DNA of 64,000 nucleotides from Gemmatimonadota bacterium. Lineage in GTDB: Bacteria > Gemmatimonadota > Gemmatimonadetes > Gemmatimonadales > GWC2-71-9. The notes under the pieces were generated by a model that had not been told where the DNA came from, ran no database searches, and worked only from the letters and a program-made list of their open reading frames with translations. This document shows, piece after piece, positions 38,596 to 48,769 of the stretch. Location: positions 914 to 64,913 of the forward strand of contig JAOTVV010000016.1 in NCBI GenBank assembly GCA_029863245.1, read 5' to 3'. Both the position numbers and the translations under genes were made by a program. Each line of letters begins with the position of its first letter. The first letter of the stretch is position 1.

Positions 38596-39279
38596 GTGAT
38601 GACGAGGTCGAATCGCGAAGCCAACCGCACCATGCGCGCCGGTGTCGTGTCGCTCGCCAGGACACGAACGCTGCTCCCCCTGTGGGTCGCGGCTGGTGCC
38701 TGGCTGCTCGCCGCGTGTGGTGGATCGAGGGTGTTGGTGCCGCCTCGCGTGGATCTCTCACCGTATTATCGAGTCGGGTTGGTGACCTTCACGATCGAAA
38801 ACGCCAAGGGATCGCTCAACGTGCTCGCCACCGAGCGGTTCTTGGGCGAGGTCCTGGGGGGGCAGCAGGGAATCGAGGTCCTCGAGCTCGGAGAGGCAGA
38901 GCGCGTGCTCAATGATGTGGGCGAGACGCGCCTCGACGCGAGGGCCGCCCGGGCGATCGGTCAGGAGCACGGCGTCCCCGCGGTGTTCTTCGGCCACCTC
39001 AAGGTGTCCGACGTCAAACCGCGCGCGGTGCTCGCCGGATTTCCTCACGTAGAGGCCAGGGTCAGCGTCGAACTCAGCGTGCGGCTCATCTCGTCCGAGT
39101 CGGGTGGTACCCTGTGGACGAGCTCGGGCAAGGCGAGCGACGTGGTCGGTGAGGTTGGGATCACCGGCGGCGACGTCTTCTTCTCCGCCGAGCATCCGGA
39201 AGAGGCCTACGGCCGTCTGGTAGATGCGCTGGTGTTCGAGGTAACCCACGATCTCAGGCCACGATGGGTGAAACGGTGA
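38596..39279 (+). CDS. Lipoprotein, CsgG/LpoB-like alpha-beta fold suspected
   Basis: AGGAGGT RBS, lipobox LAAC, ARAIGQEHGVPAVFFG and VRLISSESGGTLW. Confidence 0.75.
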   Translation: MMTRSNREANRTMRAGVVSLARTRTLLPLWVAAGAWLLAACGGSRVLVPPRVDLSPYYRVGLVTFTIENAKGSLNVLATERFLGEVLGGQQGIEVLELGEAERVLNDVGETRLDARAARAIGQEHGVPAVFFGHLKVSDVKPRAVLAGFPHVEARVSVELSVRLISSESGGTLWTSSGKASDVVGEVGITGGDVFFSAEHPEEAYGRLVDALVFEVTHDLRPRWVKR

Positions 39280-39427
39280 TCTAGATCACTCGATGGTGCA
39301 AATTCGTGTCGGATTCGGTCTTCCGCTTCCGGCGCGAACGTGTCAGAATATTCAGTGACGTGTGCCATATCGGTGGCGCACCATCGCGCCGAGTATTCCA
39401 GGAAGACAAACCCTCCAACCCACGCAC

Positions 39428-39859
39428 ATGAAGACGAAGACGACACGGTTGCAGGCCCGATCCGGCGCTCCGCCGTTTCCCTCACAGGAAATCAAGGCGA
39501 AGGCGTGGGCGCGCGTGTATCCCGCCATCCGTCCGCCCCATTCGCGGAACCTGCGGCACGGGGCCTGGTACGCGATTGTGCAGGACGAGTCCGACCGCGT
39601 GACGCTTCGTCTCGGCCCGTCGACGGCCACCGTGCCCAAGCGGGTGCTCGAGATCCGCTCCGACCGACCGAACCGCTTCACCGTCATCCATCGTGTGGGG
39701 TCCGAGCTGGTGAATCGTCGCGATTCACACGGCCTCGGGAGGTTCTACGCGGTCTGCCCTCTCTGCGCCTGGCGCTTCCAGCTCATTGGTCGCCCCGAGC
39801 GCCGTCTCTGTCCCAAGTGCGCCCACGAGGGTGAGGTTGCCTGGTGGGAGACGGTGTGA
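39428..39859 (+). CDS. Hypothetical protein with a C-terminal zinc ribbon
   Basis: YAVCPLC...LCPKC; followed by a terminator. Confidence 0.7.
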   Translation: MKTKTTRLQARSGAPPFPSQEIKAKAWARVYPAIRPPHSRNLRHGAWYAIVQDESDRVTLRLGPSTATVPKRVLEIRSDRPNRFTVIHRVGSELVNRRDSHGLGRFYAVCPLCAWRFQLIGRPERRLCPKCAHEGEVAWWETV

Positions 39860-39883
39860 GTCAGGTCTGATTGACCAGCCACG

Positions 39884-39914
39884 ACGGGGGTGCCATCGCG
39901 CCCCCGTTTCTTTT
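39884..39914 (+). terminator. Rho-independent terminator
   Basis: ACGGGGGTGC-catc-GCGCCCCCGT followed by TTCTTTT. Confidence 0.8.
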
Positions 39915-39942
39915 CTTGGTACGCTCGGGTCGGCATCTGGGG

Positions 39943-41508
39943 TCAGCGGCGGCCGGCCGGTCTGAGCAGCAGATCCTGGAAATCGAAGCTGAAGTCGGTG
40001 GCGGGCGAGACGGCGCGCATCTTCACGCGGTCGATGCCTCCGTTCGGCTCGAGCTGAAATGTGACAAACGCGTCGGCCCTGAGCTCGCGGTCGTACCACC
40101 GTGCGACAAACGTATCGTACTGCCAGTGCTCGAGCGTACCCGTCAGCTTGGGCGTACGCGAGAACCGGATGGTGAGGTGCTCGTCTTCGAGCGCGATCTC
40201 CACGTCCCCATACCACGCGTCCGTGTACGTCCCGGCATACCGGGACAGCGGCAGCGCCGGACGGGAGGAGCTGTCGCGCTGCGCGGCACTGCGCTGCTCG
40301 GCGGATGCCATCAGCCACTCGGCGCGCGTCGTGACGGCACGGTACGCGGCCAGCCAGTCGTGCGTGGCCCCAAGGTAGTGATCCAAAACCCGATAGGAGA
40401 TCGCACCAAACGCGGCGCCGGATTCCTGATTGGTGAGCACGGCCACGCCGAGTCGCAGGTCGGGGATCATCGCCACCTTGGACACGTATCCCGGTAACCC
40501 GCCCGTGTGTGAGACGAGCTTCCGTCCGCGATAGTCGTTGACCTGAAACCCCAAGGCATATCCGAGAAAGTTGGCCCGTAGGGGCGCCAGCTCCGGGGCC
40601 GGGGTCCCGATCGGAATGGGGGTAACCATCGACCAGAGCTCTGCCGTGGTGGTCGGGGTGAACAGCCGCGTGCCGTCGGCGAGGCGTCCCGAGTCCAGCT
40701 GGACGATCATCCACTTCGCCATGTCGGTGGCATTCGAGTTGATGCCACCCGCGGGATTGGTGTTGTCGCTCAGGAACGGCGCAATGGGACGGACGGTACC
40801 GTCCACGCGAGCGTGCGTCGCCGCCGCGTTCCCCACGATCCCGGCCGACGAGTGCGTCACGTTGCTCTTGGTCATGCCGACGGGGGCCAGGATGCGTTCG
40901 GAAACGAAGTCTTCCCATGATTGCCCGCTCAGCGCCTCGATCAGCTCGCCTGCGATGAGGTAGAGCACGTTGTCGTAGGCGTAGGCGCTGCGGAAGCTCG
41001 TGGCGAGCGAGAGGTACCTGATCCGCCTGGCAATCTCCGCGCGGCCGTAATCCGATTCCGGCCACCACAAGAGGTCGCCGGCGCCGAGCCCCAACCCGCT
41101 TCGGTGCACCAGGAGATCGCGCACCGTGAGCTCGCGGGTGACATACGGGTCCGAGAGCTGGAACCAGGGCAGGTACTGCACGACCGGCGCATCCCAATCG
41201 AGAACGCCCTCCTCAACCAGCAGTCCGAGTGCCGTGGCCGTAAAGGCCTTCGTGTTGGACGCGATGCCGAACAGCGTCTCGGCATCGACCGGTGTGCGTT
41301 CGCCAAGTTTCCTGACGCCGTACCCCTTCGCGAGAACGACTTGGCCATCCTTGACGATGGCAACGGCGACCCCGGGCACCTCGAACGCCTCCATGACGGG
41401 TGCCACATAGCGATCGAAGTCCGGCGGTGCCGCGGTCCGCTGCTGCGCGGTCACGGTGGATGCTAGCAGGGTCAGGGAGAGTGCGGTCACGATCATTGCG
41501 TGCTTCAT
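39943..41508 (-). CDS. Serine hydrolase (beta-lactamase/PBP class C-like) with DUF3471-like C-terminus
   Basis: SxxK (ASNTK), YxN (YDN), HTGG; signal peptide. Confidence 0.92.
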   Translation of the reverse strand: MKHAMIVTALSLTLLASTVTAQQRTAAPPDFDRYVAPVMEAFEVPGVAVAIVKDGQVVLAKGYGVRKLGERTPVDAETLFGIASNTKAFTATALGLLVEEGVLDWDAPVVQYLPWFQLSDPYVTRELTVRDLLVHRSGLGLGAGDLLWWPESDYGRAEIARRIRYLSLATSFRSAYAYDNVLYLIAGELIEALSGQSWEDFVSERILAPVGMTKSNVTHSSAGIVGNAAATHARVDGTVRPIAPFLSDNTNPAGGINSNATDMAKWMIVQLDSGRLADGTRLFTPTTTAELWSMVTPIPIGTPAPELAPLRANFLGYALGFQVNDYRGRKLVSHTGGLPGYVSKVAMIPDLRLGVAVLTNQESGAAFGAISYRVLDHYLGATHDWLAAYRAVTTRAEWLMASAEQRSAAQRDSSSRPALPLSRYAGTYTDAWYGDVEIALEDEHLTIRFSRTPKLTGTLEHWQYDTFVARWYDRELRADAFVTFQLEPNGGIDRVKMRAVSPATDFSFDFQDLLLRPAGRR

Positions 41509-41527
41509 GGGTCTCTCTCGTTGGTGG

Positions 41528-42772
41528 TCAGCCGGGCCAGAACAGGAGCAGCAGAACGCCGACGCCAAGGGTGACGCCAAATCCGAAAGCAATGCGGCCC
41601 AACAGGCGTCGCTGGCCGAGGGCCGCGACGACGCCGCCTTTGAACACGATGTTGGCCATGGCGCCCACGAGGATGAGGCGCCACCCAGTGGTCGCCTCCA
41701 GCTGGTCGGACCGGATGAGCTGAGCCGTGGACAACGTGATCGCATCCATATCGGTGAGCCCGGACAGGCCGGCCACGGCAAACATTCCCGCCTGGCCGAA
41801 GTTGGCCTTCGCCACAGCCACCCCCAGGAGGACGGCCGCATAGAGGAGACCGAACGCAATCGCTGCCCCAAGCTCGGACGGCGGTTCACGCTCTTCGGGC
41901 GCGTGGGAGAGGATTTCCCTCGAGGACCGATAGAGGATGGCGCTCACGGCGATCATGCTCGCCATCATGATCGCGATGGGCGGAGCTGCCGCCGGTAAGA
42001 GCGATGGGGCCACCAGCCCGATCTCCACCAGCACGCGCACGAAGACGATGGTCGACGCGATCATGATGACCACCGCGGCCGACGCGGCCACGGGCGGTGC
42101 CGAGCGGCTGCGGCGCGACAGGCTCACCGTCGTCGCCGTGCTCGAGATGAGCCCGCCCATGACCCCGGCCACGAGCGTGCCCGACCGCGAGCCGAAAAGC
42201 TTGAACGCCACGTACGCGCCCATGCTGATTCCCACGATCAGCACCACCATGAGCCAGATGTTGAACGGGTTGAGGACGCCGTACGGGCCGAAGGTCCTGT
42301 TGGGCAATAAGGGGAGAATGACGAGGGCAATGAGGCTCAGGCGGAAGATGGCCTTGGCGTCTGCCTCGCCAATACGGTCGACCACGTCGTGGAGCGGCCG
42401 TTTCCAATGGAGCAAGACCGCCACGCCGCCGCCGGTCACGACGACGGCGGTGGTGTACCCGGCGGCGAGTGCGACACCGAGGACGTACATGACCAGGATC
42501 GCCATTTCGGTGGTGAGGCCAGGATCCCCTTCACCGCGCTGGATCCTGGCGGCGTTCCCCACAACGATCAACAACGCGACCGCGAGCAGTCCGGTGGGAA
42601 AGATCCATGGACCGAAGGTGACGGCGAGCGTTCCGCACAGGACGCCGAGGATCGCGATCATCGGGAAGGTGCGAATCCCGGCCAAGCGGCTGTCTACCCA
42701 CTCCCGCTGCAAGCCCACGAGGAGCCCGATGCCCAGCGCGATGCCGAGGTCCTTGAACAGCTCCAAGTCCAC
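41528..42772 (-). CDS. MgtC/SapB family membrane protein (DUF4010-type)
   Basis: GLLVGLQRE, AGIRTF, GLTTE, GGLISSTATT, GLTDMDAITLS. Confidence 0.92.
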   Translation of the reverse strand: MDLELFKDLGIALGIGLLVGLQREWVDSRLAGIRTFPMIAILGVLCGTLAVTFGPWIFPTGLLAVALLIVVGNAARIQRGEGDPGLTTEMAILVMYVLGVALAAGYTTAVVVTGGGVAVLLHWKRPLHDVVDRIGEADAKAIFRLSLIALVILPLLPNRTFGPYGVLNPFNIWLMVVLIVGISMGAYVAFKLFGSRSGTLVAGVMGGLISSTATTVSLSRRSRSAPPVAASAAVVIMIASTIVFVRVLVEIGLVAPSLLPAAAPPIAIMMASMIAVSAILYRSSREILSHAPEEREPPSELGAAIAFGLLYAAVLLGVAVAKANFGQAGMFAVAGLSGLTDMDAITLSTAQLIRSDQLEATTGWRLILVGAMANIVFKGGVVAALGQRRLLGRIAFGFGVTLGVGVLLLLFWPG

Positions 42773-42963
42773 GTCCCCTCCGTCGACAGCGTGCGATCGC
42801 GCCCTAACGATACGCCGTGGCGGGGCCGGACGTTAGGGACTCAGTGCCCCTCCCGGTAGCGACCCTCCCGTCCCGGAAGTCTCGCACCCATCTTTAGGGT
42901 GCTCGGCGGTGGGTGAGGGATTGGGCCGCGGAGCCGAGACTTCTTGCACTCTTCGAGGGAATC

Positions 42964-45120
42964 ATGAGACGACCGTGGGTGGTGCTCTTCGCGTTGGCGG
43001 GGTCGACACTGGTGTACCCGAACGCCGGTCTCGCGCAGGCCGGCGTCGATCTCGATACGATCCGTGCGGGTCGGTTCGACAATGGCAAGATGTGGACGTT
43101 CGAGTACGCGCCGAAGGCGTACTTCTCGGAGACCTACGGATTCGTGGCCGACGACGCGTGGTTCGAGCGCGCACGGCTGTCGGCACTCCGGATTCCCGGA
43201 TGCTCGTCGTCGTTCGTGTCACCGCACGGATTGATGGTGACCAACCACCACTGTGTGCGTGGCGCCGTGAGCCGTGTGATGCGGGAGGGCGAGACACTCC
43301 TGGACAGCGGGTTCGTGGCCACGACACTCGATGAGGAGCGCCCGATCCCGGGGTACTACGCGGACCAGTTGATCGCGGTTGAGGACGTGAGTGACGAGGT
43401 CTTTGCGGCCGTCGATCGGGTACCCGAGGCCGAACGGGCCGAAGCGCGGGTCGATGCTCTGCGAACCATCGAGTTGCGGCTCCGCGCACAACATGCAGGA
43501 CTCGGTAGTCAGATCCGGGTCCAGATCATCGGGCTCTACAACGGCGGCCGGTACTCGGCATACGTGTTCCGCCGGTTCAGCGACATCCGGCTCGTGGCCG
43601 CGGCCGAGCTCCAGATGGGGTTCTTCGGCGGCGACCCGGACAACTTCACCTATCCACGGTACGCGCTCGACTTCGCGTTCCTGCGCGTGTACGAGGATGG
43701 CGAGCCATACCGCACGAGTCACTACTTTGGGTGGGGCACCGAGGGTGTCGAGGAAGGTGACGTCGTATTCGTGATCGGCAATCCCGGCCCGACCAATCGG
43801 CTCGCCACCGTCGCGCAGCTCGAGTTCCAGCGCGACGTGCTCGTGCCCGCCGCGGTGGGGTTCCTTGGTAGCCGGCTCACCGCGCTACGCGACTTCCAGC
43901 GGGCATTCCCGGCAGAGGCCGAGGCGCTCGATCTGCGGAACCGGTCGTTCAGTTTGTCCAACTCGCTCAAGGCCAACACCGGTCGACTCGCGGCCCTGCG
44001 TGATCCCACCATCATGGTCCGCCGCTTGGACGCCGAGCGCACGTTGCGCGAGACGATCGCCACGCGACCCGATCTCCAAAGCCGGTTCGGTGCGGTGTTC
44101 GACCGGCTGGCGACGATCCAGCGGCAGAAGCGGGAGTGGGCGCGCGATCTGCGAGCGTTCTACGGGTTCGGGAGCTCGTCGGCGTCTGCTGCGCTCGAGC
44201 GGCGGGCCGCGGCCGCGTTTGAGTATTTGGAGGCTCGGCGGATGGGGGCGACCTTGGATACGCTGGTTGCGCTTCGAGCCGAGCTGGAGCGGATCCCCGA
44301 CTTCCCGCGGGAGCTGGAGCACGCGCTGCTCACTGCGCGGCTCGCCGACTACGGGCGTTACCTCGGTGCCGACGATCCGATCACGCGAGCTGCGCTCGGG
44401 GGGCAGGCCCCGTCGGATGCGGCGACTGCTCTGCTCGAACGCTCGGTCCTGAGAGATCAGGCGGGCCTGGCGAGCGCCATCGCAGAGGATCGGCTCACGA
44501 TGCAGGACCCGGCGGTGCGGGTAGCGGCACAGGTGGTGCCCCGGTACGCGCAGTATCAGGCCGCGATCGGCGGGCTGCTCACCGCTGAACGCGAGCTCGC
44601 CGAAGATCTGGGTCGTGCCCGGTTCGCAGTGTACGGCGGGACCGCGCCCCCTGACGCGTCGTCATCGCCGCGGATCACCGATGGCGTGGTGCTGCCGTAC
44701 GAGTACAACGGCACGCTCGCACCAGTGTACACCACGTTCTTCGGGGTGTACAATCTGTTCCACGCGTTCGGGCCGGGTACCGACTGGGACCTGCCATACC
44801 GCTGGCGCACGCCGCCCGCAGGGCTCGACCTGGGCACGCCGCTCAATTTCATCTCGACCGCCGACACCTATGGCGGCAACTCCGGCTCGCCCGCGGTGAC
44901 CAAGGACCTCGCCATCGTCGGCGTCAACTTCGACCGCAACATCCAAGGGCTCTCGCGCGATTTCATCTATCTGCCCGAGCGGGGGCGCAACATCATGGTA
45001 GATGTGCGCGCCATTCAGGCCGCGCTCGATCATGCCTACGATGCCGATCGCATCCTGATGGAAGCGACGACGGGCACGCTGTATCGGACCGAGGCGGAGG
45101 CGGATGCGGCCAGGCGGTAG
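42964..45120 (+). CDS. S46 family peptidase (dipeptidyl peptidase 7/11-like)
   Basis: GKMWTF, TNHHC, FGGDPDNF.YPR..LDF, GGNSGSP, FDRN. Confidence 0.94.
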   Translation: MRRPWVVLFALAGSTLVYPNAGLAQAGVDLDTIRAGRFDNGKMWTFEYAPKAYFSETYGFVADDAWFERARLSALRIPGCSSSFVSPHGLMVTNHHCVRGAVSRVMREGETLLDSGFVATTLDEERPIPGYYADQLIAVEDVSDEVFAAVDRVPEAERAEARVDALRTIELRLRAQHAGLGSQIRVQIIGLYNGGRYSAYVFRRFSDIRLVAAAELQMGFFGGDPDNFTYPRYALDFAFLRVYEDGEPYRTSHYFGWGTEGVEEGDVVFVIGNPGPTNRLATVAQLEFQRDVLVPAAVGFLGSRLTALRDFQRAFPAEAEALDLRNRSFSLSNSLKANTGRLAALRDPTIMVRRLDAERTLRETIATRPDLQSRFGAVFDRLATIQRQKREWARDLRAFYGFGSSSASAALERRAAAAFEYLEARRMGATLDTLVALRAELERIPDFPRELEHALLTARLADYGRYLGADDPITRAALGGQAPSDAATALLERSVLRDQAGLASAIAEDRLTMQDPAVRVAAQVVPRYAQYQAAIGGLLTAERELAEDLGRARFAVYGGTAPPDASSSPRITDGVVLPYEYNGTLAPVYTTFFGVYNLFHAFGPGTDWDLPYRWRTPPAGLDLGTPLNFISTADTYGGNSGSPAVTKDLAIVGVNFDRNIQGLSRDFIYLPERGRNIMVDVRAIQAALDHAYDADRILMEATTGTLYRTEAEADAARR

Positions 45121-45133
45121 CGGGTTGGGTGAG

Positions 45134-45196
45134 GGCGATGGCAAACGTGAAGCGGGCGGCCCCAGGTGGGCCACCCGCTCTCGTTGGGTCATCGCC
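45134..45196. terminator. Long imperfect hairpin between convergent genes
   Basis: Nested pairings GGCGATGGC/GTCATCGCC, AACG/CGTT, AGCGGG/CCCGCT, GGCCC/GGGCC. Confidence 0.5.
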
Positions 45197-45226
45197 TCTG
45201 TTCGGTGTGCGGGGTGACCGCGTGGG

Positions 45227-45928
45227 TCAGGTCCCGTCGCGCTTGTTCTCCAGCGTGATGAACGCCAAGAGCTTGGCCGCCGCGTAGCGGAATGAGCGCT
45301 CTCGGAACGCCAGATAGCAGACCGCGGCCGCCAGGACACTCAGCAGGAACAGCTGGGTCCGGATGATGGGGAACGGGCCGATCGTGCCGGCGGCGTCGAG
45401 GGCGATGATCGGCCCCCACAACGGCAGCACGATGGCAAACGCGGCTGACGGCAGAATGAAGCCGCGTGCCAGCCGATACTGGTCGCGGTAAACCTGGATG
45501 CCGCGATAGAGGTCGAGCGAGCGGTGGAGGACGGAGAACTCGATCGCGTGCATGACCGCCGTGGCGGCGTACACGTGTGGCGGTGGCTCGGCGGCGAACA
45601 CGTCGCTGTACTTGGGGCCGCCGGGGTATAGCTCCTCGACCCCGGCCGCCTCCATCCGGCGCCGAACCGAATCGCTCGAGACGACCTCCAAGATCCAGCG
45701 GAGCTTGACCCGATGGAACACGGCCTTGGAGACTGTATGCATCAGCACGCCGAGCGCGACCGAGGCCGTGAACAGCACCACGATTCCCACGGTGATCTGC
45801 ATCCCGCTCCAGTCGGGGCGTCCTTCGATGTTGAAGGTCGGTGAGGCAACGTCGAAGAGCACGATCACCCACAGCATCGTGTAGATCCCTTGGACGAGGG
45901 TGGTGATGCCAAGAGAGAAGGGGCGCAT
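45227..45928 (-). CDS. Hypothetical membrane protein
   Basis: GGAGGT RBS and four hydrophobic segments. Confidence 0.75.
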   Translation of the reverse strand: MRPFSLGITTLVQGIYTMLWVIVLFDVASPTFNIEGRPDWSGMQITVGIVVLFTASVALGVLMHTVSKAVFHRVKLRWILEVVSSDSVRRRMEAAGVEELYPGGPKYSDVFAAEPPPHVYAATAVMHAIEFSVLHRSLDLYRGIQVYRDQYRLARGFILPSAAFAIVLPLWGPIIALDAAGTIGPFPIIRTQLFLLSVLAAAVCYLAFRERSFRYAAAKLLAFITLENKRDGT

Positions 45929-46163
45929 CGGTGAACCTCCGGACTCGAGTGGTGCCCGCGCCCGCGGGGCCGGCGGCAGCGCATCGATCAGTCGGTCTGA
46001 CCCGATTGCTGCCGCCCTAAGCTAGGCACCGAGGACCGTTCCGGCCAGACATGCGCCAAGCGCTCGGTAGCCCGACATCACCGAACATGCTAGAATCCTG
46101 AGCCGGCGAGCGCAAAACGCCGGTCGATCTCCAGTGTAGACACGAATCCAGACCACAGGTGCG

Positions 46164-47747
46164 GTGATGGGTAAGAACGCAGCGAACAAGCGTCCCGGTT
46201 TCCTCGCGACGCTCGGCATCGAGGACGTGAACCGGGGCGGGTTTGGTGGGAAGTGGATGGGGTCGGGCCCGGAGCAGCAGGTCACTACCCCGATCGACGG
46301 CTCCACGATCGCGACGGTGCAGCAGGTCACCGAAGCGGAGTATGATAAGATCATCGATGCGGCGCACCGCGCGTTCCTCGCGTGGCGCAAGGTCCCGGCG
46401 CCCAGACGCGGGGAGGTGGTGCGACAGCTCGGCAACCGGTTGCGCGAGGTGAAACACGGGCTAGGCCAGCTGGTGACGCTGGAGATGGGCAAGATCCTGC
46501 CCGAAGGCGAGGGCGAGGTGCAGGAGATGATCGATATCTGCGACTTCGCTGTAGGTCTCTCGCGCCAGCTCTACGGCCTCTCGATGCACTCCGAACGGCC
46601 CGACCACCGCATGATGGAGCAATGGCACCCGCTCGGCGTGGTGGGCGTGATCAGCGCGTTCAACTTCCCCGTGGCCGTGTGGAGCTGGAACACGGCCATC
46701 GCGGCCGTGTGTGGGGACAGTGTGGTATGGAAACCCTCCAGCCAGACGCCACTCACGGCTATCGCGTGCACCAAGATCGCCGAACGGGTTGCGCACGAGA
46801 ACGGCGTCGACCCGGCAATCTTCTCGCTGGTGATCGGCCGAGGATCCACCATCGGCGACCGGTTGCTCCAGGACACGCGCATCCCCCTCGTGTCAGCGAC
46901 CGGGAGCTGCCGGGTGGGGCGTCGGGTGGCCGAGGTGGTGGGAACGCGGTTCGGGCGCACCATCCTCGAACTGGGCGGCAACAACGCCATCATCGTGACG
47001 CCACACGCAAACCTCGACCTGGCCGAACGCGCGATCCTGTTCGGCGCGGTCGGCACGGCGGGGCAACGGTGCACCAGCACGCGCCGTATCATCGTGCACG
47101 CGTCGCTCAAGGATCAGCTGGTGAAGCGGCTGGTGAAGGCGTACGAGGGGATCCCGATCGGCGATCCACGGAAGCCCGAGACGCTCATGGGGCCGCTCGT
47201 CACCAAGAGCGCCGTGCAGGACCTGCAGAACGCCATCGTGCAGGTGAAGAAGGAGGGTGGGAAGATCCTGTATGGCGGCGAGCCGCTGGACGGCCCGCAG
47301 TACCCGGGTGGGCACTACGTCAGGCCGTGCATCGCCGAGGCGAAGAACGCGTTTGCCATCGTGCAGGAGGAGACCTTTGCGCCGATCCTCTACATCATCT
47401 CCTACGGGAAGAAGGCGTCGAGTCCACAACAAGCCGTAGACGAGCTGGAAGAGGCGATCGCCTACCACAACGGCGTCCCGCAGGGCCTGTCGTCGGCGAT
47501 CTTCACCGAGCACCTGCGGGAGGCGGAGTTGTTCCTGTCCGCCCGGGGTTCGGACTGCGGCATTGCGAACGTGAACATCGGGACCAGCGGGGCCGAGATC
47601 GGCGGTGCGTTCGGTGGCGAGAAGGAAACGGGTGGCGGCCGCGAGTCCGGCTCGGACGCCTGGAAGGTCTACATGCGGCGCCAGACCAACACGGTCAACT
47701 GGAGCACTGAGCTTCCCCTGGCGCAGGGCATCAAGTTCGGCGACTGA
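46164..47747 (+). CDS. Aldehyde dehydrogenase, ALDH7 / piperideine-6-carboxylate dehydrogenase type
   Basis: GEGEVQEMIDICDFAVGLSRQLYG, LELGGNNA, GTAGQRCT, GRESGSDAWK. Confidence 0.95.
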   Translation: MMGKNAANKRPGFLATLGIEDVNRGGFGGKWMGSGPEQQVTTPIDGSTIATVQQVTEAEYDKIIDAAHRAFLAWRKVPAPRRGEVVRQLGNRLREVKHGLGQLVTLEMGKILPEGEGEVQEMIDICDFAVGLSRQLYGLSMHSERPDHRMMEQWHPLGVVGVISAFNFPVAVWSWNTAIAAVCGDSVVWKPSSQTPLTAIACTKIAERVAHENGVDPAIFSLVIGRGSTIGDRLLQDTRIPLVSATGSCRVGRRVAEVVGTRFGRTILELGGNNAIIVTPHANLDLAERAILFGAVGTAGQRCTSTRRIIVHASLKDQLVKRLVKAYEGIPIGDPRKPETLMGPLVTKSAVQDLQNAIVQVKKEGGKILYGGEPLDGPQYPGGHYVRPCIAEAKNAFAIVQEETFAPILYIISYGKKASSPQQAVDELEEAIAYHNGVPQGLSSAIFTEHLREAELFLSARGSDCGIANVNIGTSGAEIGGAFGGEKETGGGRESGSDAWKVYMRRQTNTVNWSTELPLAQGIKFGD

Positions 47748-47786
47748 TCGAGGCATCGGGCGATCAATTCAGGGCCCGGCTGCACC

Positions 47787-48737
47787 TCAGGGTGTGCCGG
47801 GCCCGTCGTTCGTGCCCTGTGCGGCAGCTGGCGCTCCCGCCGTCCCGGTCCGCGCCTCCCACTCGTCCAGCGAGCGCGGCCAATCGTCCTTGAGCAGGCG
47901 GGACAACGCCCGGTCGGCGAATACCTTCCCGCCGGTCTGGCACTCGGCGCAGTAGTTCACCTCGTTCTCCGCATACCGGATCCGTTGCACTGGCGATCCG
48001 CACGTGAGACACGGCTGGCGATAGCGGCCGTGGACGGCCATCTCGTCGCGAAAGGCCGTCACCTTGGTTGGGAACGTGTCGCCGGTCTGGCGGCGGAGCC
48101 GGTCGATCCACTCGAGCAGCGTGGAGCGCACCGCGCGGTGGAGACGCTCAATCTCCTTGGGCGAGAGTCTCGAGGTGAGGGTCAGGGGCGAGAGGCGTGC
48201 GGCGTGGAGGATCTCGTCCGAATACGCGTTGCCGATCCCGCTGAACAGCCGCGGGTCGGTGAGGGCCCGCTTGAGCGTGTGGTTCTCGCTCGTGAGGCGC
48301 TGACGGAACGCGGCAAGATCCGCGTCGAGTAGGTCGATCCCACCGGCATCGTGCCCCATCAGCTGCCCACGACCCTCGACCAGGTGAAGCGAAGCACGGC
48401 GCTGCTTGCCGGCTTCCGTCAGCACCAGTGATCCCGTGGGGAAGTCGAATGCCGCGAGTCCGTTGGCCTTGGGGATCGCGGCACCGGCCGGCCGCCACAG
48501 GAGCCTTCCCGCGATCATGAGGTGCAGGATCACGAACAGCTCGCCGTTGAGCACCATGACGATGCGCTTGCCGAGCCGCTCCACACCGCGCACCGTGCGG
48601 CCCTCGGCCGCCGATGGGGGCGGATCGACGGAGCGGAGCACGAAGGGCTTCGTGATCCGGATGGCGTCGAGCCGCCGGTCCACGACCCTCGATGCCAGGG
48701 CCTCGAGGTAGATAGTGATATCGGGGGCCTCAGCCAC
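47787..48737 (-). CDS. Fpg/Nei family DNA glycosylase-like protein
   Basis: RLGKR, HLMIAG, H2TH motif GIGNAYSDEILH, zinc finger CLTC...CAECQ; N-terminus MAEAPD. Confidence 0.92.
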   Translation of the reverse strand: MAEAPDITIYLEALASRVVDRRLDAIRITKPFVLRSVDPPPSAAEGRTVRGVERLGKRIVMVLNGELFVILHLMIAGRLLWRPAGAAIPKANGLAAFDFPTGSLVLTEAGKQRRASLHLVEGRGQLMGHDAGGIDLLDADLAAFRQRLTSENHTLKRALTDPRLFSGIGNAYSDEILHAARLSPLTLTSRLSPKEIERLHRAVRSTLLEWIDRLRRQTGDTFPTKVTAFRDEMAVHGRYRQPCLTCGSPVQRIRYAENEVNYCAECQTGGKVFADRALSRLLKDDWPRSLDEWEARTGTAGAPAAAQGTNDGPGTP

Positions 48738-48769
48738 GTTCAGCTGCCTGTCTCGTCAGCACGGTGCCG

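Noticed and set aside
45134-45196. GGCGATGG-starting hairpin as a fluoride riboswitch or SRP RNA
   Set aside because: It lacks the downstream fluoride-riboswitch elements and the SRP GGAA/AGCAG core, and it lies between convergent 3' ends.
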